56,052 nucleotides of DNA from Fibrobacterales bacterium (lineage in GTDB: Bacteria; Fibrobacterota; Fibrobacteria; Fibrobacterales; JAOPTW01), in NCBI GenBank assembly GCA_051532055.1, contig JAOPTX010000024.1, positions 1 to 56,052 of the forward strand, in the 5' to 3' direction. Below the pieces are notes generated by a model, which saw nothing but the letters and a program-made list of their open reading frames with translations, did not search any database and was not told the origin of the DNA. Made by a program: the position numbers and the translations under genes. Below, in pieces: positions 10,799 to 21,410 of this stretch. Numbering within the stretch: the stretch's first letter is position 1; each line of letters opens with the position of its first letter.

Positions 10799-10884
10799 TA
10801 TTAACAAAATCAAGGACGTGGCATGAGTCACGGCCCGTCAATTTTTGCTATATTATCTCACAATACCTGCTTATTCTGGATTAA

Positions 10885-12807
10885 ATGAACCATTCTCTAT
10901 TTATTCGTGTATTTTGCTTTCTGAGCATGTTTTTCGCTCCTTTATTTGCTGATTTGATTTCTGACGGTGACACCATTAATGGGGTGATATTTTCAAAACC
11001 GTGGTATGCAATAGAGGCTCCTGATAGTAGTAAAACGATTCTTCTGATTGATAAAGACGGTGATCTCTACTTAGGGGCCGATTCAGGAAATATCTTTCTT
11101 TATCACTCTCCAAAACGTGACTCCCTCCCCAGTTATATTTTGCAAAATGATACCACCGATTACTTCCTAGCCAATCGTGAAAAAAGCATGATATCTGGTG
11201 CAATATATACGGATAGTAAGATACCCCAAGCTACCGCAACAGATTTTGTCATTAAAAATGGTAAGGGAACCCATGTTGCTCTTTTTGATGGGCTCCACGG
11301 AAACCTCTATGTAAAAGGTGATGCGGCCCAGGTAGTGAATTATGCAATTACGAGTCGCAATTATGGTGATGTTTTTCCTGATACTGTTATAAGTATGGTT
11401 CGTGGTGATACACATCAGGTAGCAATAAGTGCTGTTGCCGACAGACGTTTTATTTTTAATGGATGGTATGCAGGGGGTCAAAAAGAGGATATTACTATTC
11501 AAGACAGCAGTGAAGAGAAAACCACGGCTGTTTTTGCAGGAGAAGGAACAATTTATGCACGCTTCACCCGTGAACCACAAAAAGCATTAAAGTTATCCGC
11601 AAGTGATAGTCAGTATGTGCAGCTCCCTCCAATACGGATCACTGCACCGAACGGATTTACCCTTTCAGGCTGGATCAAGGTAGATACAAATCAGGTTGAC
11701 ACTGGAACAATTATTCATCTGTTTCAAAATGAGGGTACCAGTAGCTTAGAACTTAAAAGCGATTCAAGTGGTCATATTACTCTTCTCTTAAATGACTCTA
11801 GCTGTAATGAACGGGTTGTATTAGTTTCACTTGATAGTATGGTGGTCCCTAATAAGTGGGTACACTATACCGTTCGTATGGATGGCAGTACTGTTGCACT
11901 CTATCGTAACGGTTTGCCTGATACATCAGTGACGGCATCGTGTTACTTTGCAAATCAGCAATTCGATGGGGGCCTTATTGGAGCTCGTACAGAGAGTGTT
12001 GATAGTGTGAGCCATTTTATAGAGGGGAGCATTGATGAAATAAAAATGTGGGATAGACCTCTCTCTGATTCACTGATTCGTGCAATGCAATTTGTAAAGC
12101 CAGACTCTACTCATACGGGATTAATCTCATGGTATTCCTTCAATAGAACACTAGGAACTTTAGTGCCCGATGTTGGGATACAGAAGTATGATGGTCGTAT
12201 GATCCATAGTATAGACAAGGGGCATTGGGTACACTCATTTGCTGAACGGGTTTCACGTATTACCATTTTTGGAGATGGGTCAATAACTCCTGATGGAAAA
12301 TTTATAAAGGTTGCCTTGTCACAGCGAGTAATGCTTTCAGCGACACCGGGCCGCTGGCATCAGTTTAGTCATTGGCAACCTAAGGGATGGAAACTTACAA
12401 TGGGCGATACTACTCAAAGCTCTACGTGGTTAGAATTGGAACGGGGGGGAGGGGTACATGTCCACTTTACGCCGCTCTATGATTGGGACGTCTCAGATAC
12501 TATTGTGAGCCATACGGCTTCAGTGAGTGACTCGTTGATATATAGAACAACTGCTACTCAAGATAGTGGCTCCGTTCGAATTACCTTTGATTCAAAAACA
12601 CCTGTTGATAGGGTATTCTTAAAAACCGACTCTCTACGGCCAATGAAAAAAGTGGTAGATGAGTGGGGTGAATGGTACGGTATTACGCTCGATACGATAG
12701 TAAGTGATACGGTACCTATCAGTTTTACAGTTCAGCGCTCCAAAGATGCGAGTAGCTCCATCTCTTCAAAAGCACCCATTGATTTAGTATTTCCCTTAGG
12801 TAATTAG
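10885..12807 (+). CDS. Secreted LamG-domain protein, paralog of 6160..10431
   Basis: Signal peptide; shared N-domain DGxxING...PWY...LIDKDGDxYL; LamG (FTLSGW, WVHY, GSIDEIKMWDR). Confidence 0.75.
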   Translation: MNHSLFIRVFCFLSMFFAPLFADLISDGDTINGVIFSKPWYAIEAPDSSKTILLIDKDGDLYLGADSGNIFLYHSPKRDSLPSYILQNDTTDYFLANREKSMISGAIYTDSKIPQATATDFVIKNGKGTHVALFDGLHGNLYVKGDAAQVVNYAITSRNYGDVFPDTVISMVRGDTHQVAISAVADRRFIFNGWYAGGQKEDITIQDSSEEKTTAVFAGEGTIYARFTREPQKALKLSASDSQYVQLPPIRITAPNGFTLSGWIKVDTNQVDTGTIIHLFQNEGTSSLELKSDSSGHITLLLNDSSCNERVVLVSLDSMVVPNKWVHYTVRMDGSTVALYRNGLPDTSVTASCYFANQQFDGGLIGARTESVDSVSHFIEGSIDEIKMWDRPLSDSLIRAMQFVKPDSTHTGLISWYSFNRTLGTLVPDVGIQKYDGRMIHSIDKGHWVHSFAERVSRITIFGDGSITPDGKFIKVALSQRVMLSATPGRWHQFSHWQPKGWKLTMGDTTQSSTWLELERGGGVHVHFTPLYDWDVSDTIVSHTASVSDSLIYRTTATQDSGSVRITFDSKTPVDRVFLKTDSLRPMKKVVDEWGEWYGITLDTIVSDTVPISFTVQRSKDASSSISSKAPIDLVFPLGN

Positions 12808-13051
12808 GTTTTTTTAGTTATTTAGGGTGTAGTGAGGTCACATTAGGGCCGTGCTGTTATAAGTCTATTATGGGGGATTCCCATTAATGGCTAATTGAGC
12901 AGGAAATCACGAAAAAAACTCAAAATCCTCCTCTTTTTACGGACGACCAGCACCTATCTATGGTATAATCAAAAAGGTAAAAAGGGTCGAATATTTATAC
13001 CACTAGGCATGCGCTCATAGGATCGTTTTGCGTAAGAGAAGGTAACGTCGG

Positions 13052-14944
13052 ATGGTTTTTGATAACTCATTAATTTGGGTAGGTATCATTGCAATTGCTA
13101 TTGCATTGGTTACGACGTGGTATTCCATGAGACTTGCTCATCGCTTTGGAGTGATTGATACGCCAGGGGGGCGTAGGATTCATGTGCGCATTGTTCCTCG
13201 AATGGGCGGTGCTGGTATTGTAACCGCTTTTTATCTTACCCTCGTTATCATTGATGTGCTCTTTAATACTATTGATTGGCACGCCTACTGGCCTATTTTA
13301 TTAGGGGGTATTGTTATATGGCTTCTTGGTCTTGTTGATGATATTCGTTCACTCTCACCCAAAATTAAACTATTGGTACAGGCCCTTGTTGCAGGCTTTG
13401 TAATATCACAAGGAACAACCATCGAGTGGGTCAAAATCCCCTTTTTTAATGTGACGCTTCACTTAGGCTACTTGGGATATGGCATAACGTTTATCTGGAT
13501 AATTGGTGTGTGTAATGCGATTAATCTAATAGATGGACTTGATGGACTCGTCGCAGGGCTTTCAATTATTATTCTGGCTACGATTTCATTCTTTGTCTTT
13601 ATGTATCAGGGTGGTGACCTTCTCCCTATCACTGTAGCACTTTCAGGGGCGCTTGTTGGATTCTTGAAATTTAATTTTCATCCTGCAAAGACCTTTATGG
13701 GAGACAGTGGAAGTCTCTTCCTCGGGTATATGATTGCCGTTGCAACCATACAAGGAACCATGCTTGATAGTGCTGCGGTGACTTTACTTATTCCTATTAC
13801 TATCTTAGGGATTCCCTTACTCGATACGACTCTTGCAATAGTGAGAAGAAAAGCGGTAAAGAAAAAGGTAATGGAGGCTGACGCCGAACACCTGCATCAT
13901 GTACTCCTCCGTCAAGGCCTCTCACACCCCCAGACCGTGATGGTTCTCTATGGCATGAGTTTTATCTTTAGTGTGGTGTCAGTACTTCTTGTTACTGCAG
14001 ATAGGAAGGGGACGGCAGCAATATTACTTCTTCTTATGATGACTATTTATTTGCTCATCAGTAAACTTGGATATATCCGTAAAATTGTTTCTACTCGTCA
14101 CTATCAGGCAAAGAGAGCACGACGTTCCACGTACCGACATGAAGCTGGTGAAGGGGTAGTTGTAAATAGTTTCCAAAGTACAGTGATTAGATTTATTAAA
14201 GGCACTCCGATGCTCATGCTTCTCGATGTTACTTTTTTATTAACGGCCTATATATTTGCTCGGTGGATCCAAGCTGACGGTAAACTCATTTTTGAAAGTG
14301 ATATAGAGAGTGTCATCCATTTTGGTTTTATTGCAGCAGTCTATTTTCTTTTTATGTATACACGGAAGTCATACAATATTATTTGGCGGTACATTAAATT
14401 GTCAGACCTCAACCGTCTCTTTAGAACATTGATATTGGTACTGGGTGTTGTCTATTTTCTTGATGGTTTTATCGTTCCCGAGTTTGAACTGGGTGAACAG
14501 TTCTACATGCTCTTTTTACTCCTCATTATTCCCTCAATATCCGCAACACGATTGTTACATCGCTATTATTATAGTTTCGTGAAACGAGTAGTGTCGGGGC
14601 GTAAAAAAGGTGAAAATATTTTCATTTTTGGAGCGGGAGACACGGGTGATTTACTCCAGCATTTTATTACCCATTCCGAAGGGATCCCCTTTAAGATTGT
14701 AGGATTCATAGATGATAACTCCGCTAAGTTAGATAAAAGTATCGATCGATACCCTGTACTGGGGTCAGTAGAAGATCTACCTCATTTAATGCTCACTCAT
14801 AAAGTGAAACGACTTTTTCTTTCGACACCACTGATAAATAGAGAAACGAAGAAATTACTTCTCGAGTATAATCAGACCCTCGGGCTAAAAGTACATGTAT
14901 TCAGAATGAAATTGATGACCGCAGATTTAGAAGGATTGGATTAA
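13052..14944 (+). CDS. WecA/TagO-family phosphoglycosyltransferase fused to a C-terminal 4TM plus Rossmann (CoA_binding_3-like) module
   Basis: GLVDDI, NAINLIDGLDGL, FMGDSGS, HLHH motifs; C-terminal IFGAGDTG...VGFIDDN...YPVLG. Confidence 0.85.
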   Translation: MVFDNSLIWVGIIAIAIALVTTWYSMRLAHRFGVIDTPGGRRIHVRIVPRMGGAGIVTAFYLTLVIIDVLFNTIDWHAYWPILLGGIVIWLLGLVDDIRSLSPKIKLLVQALVAGFVISQGTTIEWVKIPFFNVTLHLGYLGYGITFIWIIGVCNAINLIDGLDGLVAGLSIIILATISFFVFMYQGGDLLPITVALSGALVGFLKFNFHPAKTFMGDSGSLFLGYMIAVATIQGTMLDSAAVTLLIPITILGIPLLDTTLAIVRRKAVKKKVMEADAEHLHHVLLRQGLSHPQTVMVLYGMSFIFSVVSVLLVTADRKGTAAILLLLMMTIYLLISKLGYIRKIVSTRHYQAKRARRSTYRHEAGEGVVVNSFQSTVIRFIKGTPMLMLLDVTFLLTAYIFARWIQADGKLIFESDIESVIHFGFIAAVYFLFMYTRKSYNIIWRYIKLSDLNRLFRTLILVLGVVYFLDGFIVPEFELGEQFYMLFLLLIIPSISATRLLHRYYYSFVKRVVSGRKKGENIFIFGAGDTGDLLQHFITHSEGIPFKIVGFIDDNSAKLDKSIDRYPVLGSVEDLPHLMLTHKVKRLFLSTPLINRETKKLLLEYNQTLGLKVHVFRMKLMTADLEGLD

Positions 14945-14945
14945 G

Positions 14946-16097
14946 ATGAGAGAATCGATTCGAATAATTATAAGGTTTGTACGATTGATGATACTATCAG
15001 GGGTAGTCCTGATGGGGACTCAATACTGTGCTTTTGCACCCGGTATGGATATGGATGAACCGATATTGGTAGTGGGCCATGAAACGGAAAGTGAATTTGA
15101 AGGGACCCCTGTTCATTTGCGAGAAATTCATCCAGAAATATTGATGAAGTATCCAGAGCTTACCCGTCCACTCGCTCTAGATGTCCCCATAAATCTTCTT
15201 GAGAGAACCGTTGAGAATTATCATTTGGGGCCGTTTGATATTGTCGTTGTGACTGTATGGGAGCATCCAGAACTCTCTCAACCTCTAGGACAGTTTCGAG
15301 CTGATCAGGCTACAGGGCAAGTCATTGATAAAGATGGATATATGTATTATCCCTATATTGGGACTATTCAAGCGGCAAACCTTACGACAAGTGCATTGCG
15401 AGTGATGATTCAAAAAAGACTCGCACGGTTCCTTAAAGATCCACAAGTAGATGTTAAAATACTCCGTTATCGCAACAAAACGATTTATGTCGGTGGTGCG
15501 GTAAAAAAACCGGGGATGAAATTTATTTCGGATGTACCCATGACTATTCCGTGGGCCATAGATCAATCGGGAGGTTTAAATTTAGACGCAGATGGGAGCC
15601 TCATTTATCTCACCCGTGGAGATTCAGTCTATAAGGTTGATTTGGTGAGTATGTATCGCGAGAAAAGTCATCTTGAAAAAATACTTTTGAGCGATGGGGA
15701 TAAAATTCATGTGGCAACTAAAAATGAAACCAAGGTATTCGTGCTCGGCGAAGTAGAATCCCCAAAGGCGATTGAAATGCTCAATCGGAGACTGACTCTT
15801 GCCGAAGTAATTGCTGAAGTTGGTGGGCTTGATAAAATGAATGCTGATGCCGAAGAAATATATGTACTACGTATGGGTGATAAAAAAATTGACCTCTTTC
15901 ATTTGAATGCAGAAAACCCTTTAGCCCTTGTGGTGGGCGAGCAATTTAAGCTGCACCCTCGTGATATCGTCTATATTGATACTCATGGACTCGCACGATG
16001 GAATCGGGTTATTAACTTGCTCCTCCCAACGATGAATCTTATGCGTGGTGGGTTTGATGGTCAGTCATCGCCCTTTAAACGAAATGGTCAGTGGTAG
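14946..16097 (+). CDS. wza: Polysaccharide export outer-membrane lipoprotein Wza
   Basis: CAFAPGM lipoprotein-like N-terminus; TVWEHPEL, YPYIG, DPQVDV, SLBB repeats, RWNRVI. Confidence 0.92.
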   Translation: MRESIRIIIRFVRLMILSGVVLMGTQYCAFAPGMDMDEPILVVGHETESEFEGTPVHLREIHPEILMKYPELTRPLALDVPINLLERTVENYHLGPFDIVVVTVWEHPELSQPLGQFRADQATGQVIDKDGYMYYPYIGTIQAANLTTSALRVMIQKRLARFLKDPQVDVKILRYRNKTIYVGGAVKKPGMKFISDVPMTIPWAIDQSGGLNLDADGSLIYLTRGDSVYKVDLVSMYREKSHLEKILLSDGDKIHVATKNETKVFVLGEVESPKAIEMLNRRLTLAEVIAEVGGLDKMNADAEEIYVLRMGDKKIDLFHLNAENPLALVVGEQFKLHPRDIVYIDTHGLARWNRVINLLLPTMNLMRGGFDGQSSPFKRNGQW

Positions 16098-16104
16098 GGA
16101 TAGT

Positions 16105-17253
16105 ATGAAAACCTATTTGAACTATAGTTGTGTCAGTGCCTGTATCTGGGCAGTGAGTGGTTCAATCATTCATGCCTCAATTGCCATTAAAGTACTGGGA
16201 GTAGCCCTTTTCGTAGGCTTAACGATCTTTGAACAACGAGGGATGGTGCGCTTTGCATCTTTGAAGCACCCGTACATAATTCTTATTGGCCTCTTTAGTT
16301 TTGTAGGTATTACTACGGGGCTGTATAATGAACAATTAACCGGGAAGCTCTCGGCTTATGGGTTACTCTTTTTTGTACTGATTGCCTATAATTCAAAAAC
16401 AGAAATTCAGAAACAGCACGCAAAATTAGGACTGCTGCTTGGAGGAGGAATCTATTTTTTAGTACTCCTGGCCGAAATAGAATATGGGCAATTGCTCAGT
16501 GGTATCTACCGATTGGGTGGTGAACAAAATCCCAATGCAGTAGCCTATGTGGGCGGGATGGTTGCAATTTCAGCGCTGGTCTCTTTTAATAAAGGGAAAA
16601 TAAAAACTGCTTTTGTGATGGCTGGACTCCTGATCATAGCGGCAACAAAGTCAAAGACTGGGCTTGGAGTTTTTTTTATGGGTCTTGTGGTCTATCTCGG
16701 ACAGATACTTCTCTTTAGAAAACATATTGTTGTTACGAGGCCAGTCCGAGTTGTATTGGCTATGATTCCTGTGGTAGCAGTACTTTTTCTTTCACAATAT
16801 TATGATTTGATTGTAAAGTCTTATCAGCTTGATAGCCATCGGGGACTCGAAGGGGGGACTGGTCGATTTGAAGCGTGGGAAATGTTTATTCAAAGTTACG
16901 AAGAGGGTGATGTATGGCAACTTCTTTTTGGAAAAGGGGTTGGTGCAAACTCTATGCTCGGTGAGGGGCATGGATACTCCTCAGCTCATAATGCATGGCT
17001 AGTACTCCTATTTGACTTAGGGCTTTTACCGCTTATTGGTTTAACCATACTCTTTTCAAACCTTTTTTACCAAGGACTCGCTCACCCATATTTTCCAGTT
17101 ATAATTGCAATGACTATTGAGAGTATGGCAGAAATCAATTTTATTGGTGTAGGTAATATTGGATCAATACTCGCATCTTTTTGCATCATGGATATGATGA
17201 CTGAACGGCGAAGGGTTGTGCATAATAAACGACTTACGGTAGTGGACTACTAA
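16105..17253 (+). CDS. O-antigen ligase/polymerase (Wzy_C) family membrane protein
   Basis: Multi-TM; NPNA, TKSKTG, TGR..AW, FGKG, AHNAWL motifs; lies in the EPS locus. Start placed at MKTYL after the wza stop. Confidence 0.75.
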   Translation: MKTYLNYSCVSACIWAVSGSIIHASIAIKVLGVALFVGLTIFEQRGMVRFASLKHPYIILIGLFSFVGITTGLYNEQLTGKLSAYGLLFFVLIAYNSKTEIQKQHAKLGLLLGGGIYFLVLLAEIEYGQLLSGIYRLGGEQNPNAVAYVGGMVAISALVSFNKGKIKTAFVMAGLLIIAATKSKTGLGVFFMGLVVYLGQILLFRKHIVVTRPVRVVLAMIPVVAVLFLSQYYDLIVKSYQLDSHRGLEGGTGRFEAWEMFIQSYEEGDVWQLLFGKGVGANSMLGEGHGYSSAHNAWLVLLFDLGLLPLIGLTILFSNLFYQGLAHPYFPVIIAMTIESMAEINFIGVGNIGSILASFCIMDMMTERRRVVHNKRLTVVDY

Positions 17254-17262
17254 TGGGATATT

Positions 17263-18570
17263 ATGGGACGCTTAACTAAACAGGTAATACCACCACTGGT
17301 TGCAGACTCTTTTTGGGCTGTGCTCGGAAATGGGTTGGGAAAAGGTGCCGTTGTCATTGCATTAATGGTCGCTGCAAAAATGCTCGATACTCAGCTTTTT
17401 GGAGAATTGGGTGTGCTACGTAATACTGCTTTAATGGTGGCTGTTCTTGCATCGCTTGGACTGGGATACACGGCGAATTCATTTGTTGCACAGTTTATGA
17501 AACAGCAACAGAGAGAAAATGCATATCATATTACTCGATGGGTATTAGGTATAGGCCTGGCTCTTGCAATTATTACTGGGTTGGGGGTCTATAGTGCAGC
17601 GAAGCCTATAGCAACGAATTTATTAAATGCCCCTCATCTCACATCACATTTTGGATGGGTTGGACTGTTGATTGCTTTTCTCACTATGGTAACTATTCAA
17701 ACAGGGGTGGTCTCTGGTCTTGGACTGTTTAGACCCTTATCAAAAGTATTGACAATACAGGGAGCTTTATCCTTGGGGACTATTATTGGTGGTACCTATT
17801 GGTGGGGGCTTCAAGGGACTTTGTGGGGCCTTATAGCGGCTCAATTTATCTTAGCACTGTTACAACAGATCCTGATTCAACGTGCCTTCGTTGGTTGTAC
17901 TCCACAAGCTGAGAAGGGTGTGGTACAGAAATTAAAACAATTTACGGTGCCTGTTGCTCTTCAAGAATCATTGTATGCCTTGTTAAGTTGGTGCGTTACG
18001 CTTCTGATGGTGCATCTCTCTACTTTTTCGGAGGTCGGTTTATACAATGCTGCCTTTCAATGGATCGCGTTAATTCTATTTATACCCACTATGCTCCGTA
18101 ATGTCTCTCTGTCTCATCTTTCGGCAACGATTACTGCGCGGGATAGAAATCGAATAATAAAACAAGCGTTGATCATTAATGCTGTAGCAATTGGAATTCC
18201 AACTCTTGCTCTACTGGGGATTGCCCCCTATATTGAATCTTTTTATGGAGGGAACTTTCAGGGATTGGCAACGGTTCTTCAAATTCTTTTGTTGATGGTT
18301 ATCCCTGCAGGATTTAATAACCTCTTTACTCAGGTGTATATGTCAGTGCATAAAAACTGGATTGCACTGGGAATCAGGGTTGTAAGAGATGCTTTCGTCT
18401 TAGTGTTGTTCTATGGTGGTGTTGAAATGTTTTTGCTGACTGGGAGTCGCGCCCTTGCATGGTCCCTTCCTATTGCGTATATCGGTGGATTAGTACTCTT
18501 TGCTGGATGGTATATGGTGTTTCTCAAAGATAGTGATACTCTGTCAGCCGTCGAAGGGAGTGCGGTATGA
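17263..18570 (+). CDS. wzx: Polysaccharide flippase (Wzx/MOP family)
   Basis: About 12 hydrophobic segments; FGELG, LGLG, EVGLYNAA; EPS context. Confidence 0.8.
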   Translation: MGRLTKQVIPPLVADSFWAVLGNGLGKGAVVIALMVAAKMLDTQLFGELGVLRNTALMVAVLASLGLGYTANSFVAQFMKQQQRENAYHITRWVLGIGLALAIITGLGVYSAAKPIATNLLNAPHLTSHFGWVGLLIAFLTMVTIQTGVVSGLGLFRPLSKVLTIQGALSLGTIIGGTYWWGLQGTLWGLIAAQFILALLQQILIQRAFVGCTPQAEKGVVQKLKQFTVPVALQESLYALLSWCVTLLMVHLSTFSEVGLYNAAFQWIALILFIPTMLRNVSLSHLSATITARDRNRIIKQALIINAVAIGIPTLALLGIAPYIESFYGGNFQGLATVLQILLLMVIPAGFNNLFTQVYMSVHKNWIALGIRVVRDAFVLVLFYGGVEMFLLTGSRALAWSLPIAYIGGLVLFAGWYMVFLKDSDTLSAVEGSAV

Positions 18571-20756
18571 TTTATATCTATCAACCCTGTTTACCACGAT
18601 ATCGACTTCCTTTTTTTACGGCACTGGCCGACCGTATACCCTTCACCTTAATAGTCGGGGAAACTGATGAAGGAGGACTTGCTTCGGTTGACGCTCCAGA
18701 CCTTAATGTCATTATGGTACCGCCACCGAAACTGTATTTTAACCGTGTGAGTTGGTATCGCACCAGTAGTGTAGTATCGTTTAAAAAAGGTGATGTGGTT
18801 GTTATTAATGGCAACCCGCGTATACTCTCTAACATTCCCCTTATTATAAAAGCGCGGATTGCAGGCGCTTCGCTCATATGGTATGGTCAAGGGTGGTCTT
18901 CAGGAACCTCATCCCTCACATACTTACTAAGAAAAATTATGATGCGCCTTGTTGCTCAGGCGATAATACTATACACCGATGAAGAGGTTGAAGACCTTGT
19001 GAAAAGTATGCTGCTCCGGAGTCGAGAAGATCAGATCTTTGCAACCAATAATGGTCTTGACCTGACACCTATTGAAGAAGCCAAACGTTCTATAGTTCGT
19101 TCTCAAGAGAGTCACACCATTCTTTTTTGTGGAAGACTTACACCCAAAAGTAATATTATGGAGGGACTTGATGCCTGTGCACTATTACACAAAAAAGGGA
19201 TAGCCTTTCGTTTTACTATTGTGGGTGAGGGACCACTCAAAAGCCATGGAGAAGAACGTGCCCGAGTATTAGGTATTGCAGAATACTGTCGATGGGAAGG
19301 GGCGGTTTATGAAGAAAAACAGTTAGCTCATTACTATATGGATGCTCAAATTTTCTTTTATCCAGGAGCTGTGGGCTTGAGCTTAATGCATGCGATGGCC
19401 TATGGAGTCCCGGCTGTTGTACATAATGTACGTAAAAAACATATGCCCGAAATTGCTGCCTTTACTCACGAAAAAACAGGACTTGCATACAGCTTTAGAA
19501 GCCCCGAGAGTGCCGCTGATGCTCTCGAACAACTGCTTCTTAATAATGAACAGTGTCGAACGATGGGTGATGCGGCAACAGAAGTGATTACAAGTGGGTA
19601 TACCACAGATACCATGGCAGAACGCTTTCATACAGCAATTAACTATTGTCTGTCACAGAATCCGCCACCAAGGAGGGGGCGCTGTTCTCAGGCCGGAGAA
19701 GGGCTCTTTGCTATAGGACCTTCACAGCAGCCCATTACCGGACAATCAATAGCCTTTCAAATGGTGGTTGATGCCTTTCCCGAGGCGACTTTTCGATATT
19801 CAAATGTCTTTCGCACAAATCACTCTTTTGTCTGCAATTTTTTAGCAACACTGTGGTACTGTAGTTCTATAGTCGTGCATCTCATAATTAAAAGACCCGA
19901 TGTGCTCTATATTTCTACGGCACGAACCCGCTATGGATTAATGAAAGATTTCTTTCCTCTGACTATCGCACGACTCCTAAAAACACGGGTTGTAAATCAT
20001 CTCCACGGGGCTGATTTTCTCACGTTTTATAAATCTCTCTTTAAAATTGAACGAGTACTCCTCCATAAAGCGTATAATGCAATTGATACTTCTATTGTAT
20101 TGTTTGATGGGTTGAAGAACCAGTATTCTCGTTTTCCTCATATGCGCCGGGTAGTAATACCCAATGCTGTTCCCGACTCTATCTATTATGAAGAGAGTCC
20201 TGAAGAACATGAGAGAGCATTTAATTTTTTGTATCTCTCTTCTATAATGCGTGATAAAGGTATTTTCATTTTACTTGGTGCAATTGCAGTTTTAAAGTCG
20301 GAGGGAGTCACAGACTTTTCGGTTACTATCGCAGGTGGTTTCGAAAATGATGCAGTAGAAAAAGAGTTTTTTGATAAAATTGGGAGCCTCTCTGAGGTAA
20401 CGTATCTTGGAAGTGTGTCGGGAAGAAAAAAGCGTAATGCAATAAATCGGGCTGATGTTTTTGTCCTCCCAACCTATTACCCTACAGAAGCACAGCCAAT
20501 CTCAATTATCGAGGCTATGGCCTGTGGTACCGCTATTTTAACAACACGACATAATTACCTGCCAGAGATGGTTGATGCGAAGCGGGGGATCGTTGTGCAA
20601 CCAGGGTCTGTGAGTGAACTGGTTAAAGCGATGGGATATCTTATCAATCATCCTGATTACTGTGAAGAGCTCAAACTCTATAATCGAACCATTGCATCTA
20701 AAGAGTACAAAGGGACGGCACATGTTGCGAGACTTAAAAAGGAGCTTGCGGAATGA
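18567..20756 (+). CDS. Tandem double GT4 glycosyltransferase
   Basis: Two GT-B units: ILFCGRL...GLSLMHAMAYGVP and FLYLS...KG...EAQPISIIEAMACG. Confidence 0.87.
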   Translation: MIYIYQPCLPRYRLPFFTALADRIPFTLIVGETDEGGLASVDAPDLNVIMVPPPKLYFNRVSWYRTSSVVSFKKGDVVVINGNPRILSNIPLIIKARIAGASLIWYGQGWSSGTSSLTYLLRKIMMRLVAQAIILYTDEEVEDLVKSMLLRSREDQIFATNNGLDLTPIEEAKRSIVRSQESHTILFCGRLTPKSNIMEGLDACALLHKKGIAFRFTIVGEGPLKSHGEERARVLGIAEYCRWEGAVYEEKQLAHYYMDAQIFFYPGAVGLSLMHAMAYGVPAVVHNVRKKHMPEIAAFTHEKTGLAYSFRSPESAADALEQLLLNNEQCRTMGDAATEVITSGYTTDTMAERFHTAINYCLSQNPPPRRGRCSQAGEGLFAIGPSQQPITGQSIAFQMVVDAFPEATFRYSNVFRTNHSFVCNFLATLWYCSSIVVHLIIKRPDVLYISTARTRYGLMKDFFPLTIARLLKTRVVNHLHGADFLTFYKSLFKIERVLLHKAYNAIDTSIVLFDGLKNQYSRFPHMRRVVIPNAVPDSIYYEESPEEHERAFNFLYLSSIMRDKGIFILLGAIAVLKSEGVTDFSVTIAGGFENDAVEKEFFDKIGSLSEVTYLGSVSGRKKRNAINRADVFVLPTYYPTEAQPISIIEAMACGTAILTTRHNYLPEMVDAKRGIVVQPGSVSELVKAMGYLINHPDYCEELKLYNRTIASKEYKGTAHVARLKKELAE

Positions 20757-21409
20757 ATGGTGTACAATCAATGATGGGGCTTCTCATTAAAACCTGCAGG
20801 CGATCTCAAACATCGCTCAGTCTTTTACTCATGCGAACTCTGTACTATAAATTGTTTTATGGTATAACAGTGCTTCTCCACCAAAAGGTGACTCTGCGTG
20901 GTGCTCAAAATATTACTACTGAAGGGCGGTTCGAGGTTGCGGTTCGATATCGGGGATTTCAGTTAAAACAGGATAGAACCCTTCTAAATATTGAAGGTAG
21001 CCTTGATACCAAAAATGATGCATCGGTGGGGAGAGGGTGTAGAATTGATGTAGCAAAAGGCGGCACAATGACTCTCGGTTTGGGGAGCTATATCAATTGT
21101 TATTCTCTTATTACTATTCAGCATGCTCTGACTATTGGGGATGGCTGTGCCATAGGGTGGCACTGTACGATACTTGACGATGACCTTCATGAACTTTCAT
21201 ACGAAAGTAAAGTATCAAGAGACCCCGTCATTGCTATTGGGGACCAAGTGTGGATTGGATGTGGTGTTAAAATATATAAGGGGACCATACTACCAGAAGG
21301 GACTGTCGTTGCAGCTGATTCAGTGGTTCGCGGAGTGTTTACTCAAAAGAATACCCTTATTGCAGGAAACCCAGCACGGGTAATAAAAGAAAAGGTGAGT
21401 TGGAGTTGA
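20753..21409 (+). CDS. Hexapeptide-repeat (LbH) acyltransferase
   Basis: IGDGCAIG, IGDQVWIG, IAGNPARVIK. Confidence 0.87.
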   Translation: MNGVQSMMGLLIKTCRRSQTSLSLLLMRTLYYKLFYGITVLLHQKVTLRGAQNITTEGRFEVAVRYRGFQLKQDRTLLNIEGSLDTKNDASVGRGCRIDVAKGGTMTLGLGSYINCYSLITIQHALTIGDGCAIGWHCTILDDDLHELSYESKVSRDPVIAIGDQVWIGCGVKIYKGTILPEGTVVAADSVVRGVFTQKNTLIAGNPARVIKEKVSWS

Positions 21410-21410
21410 T

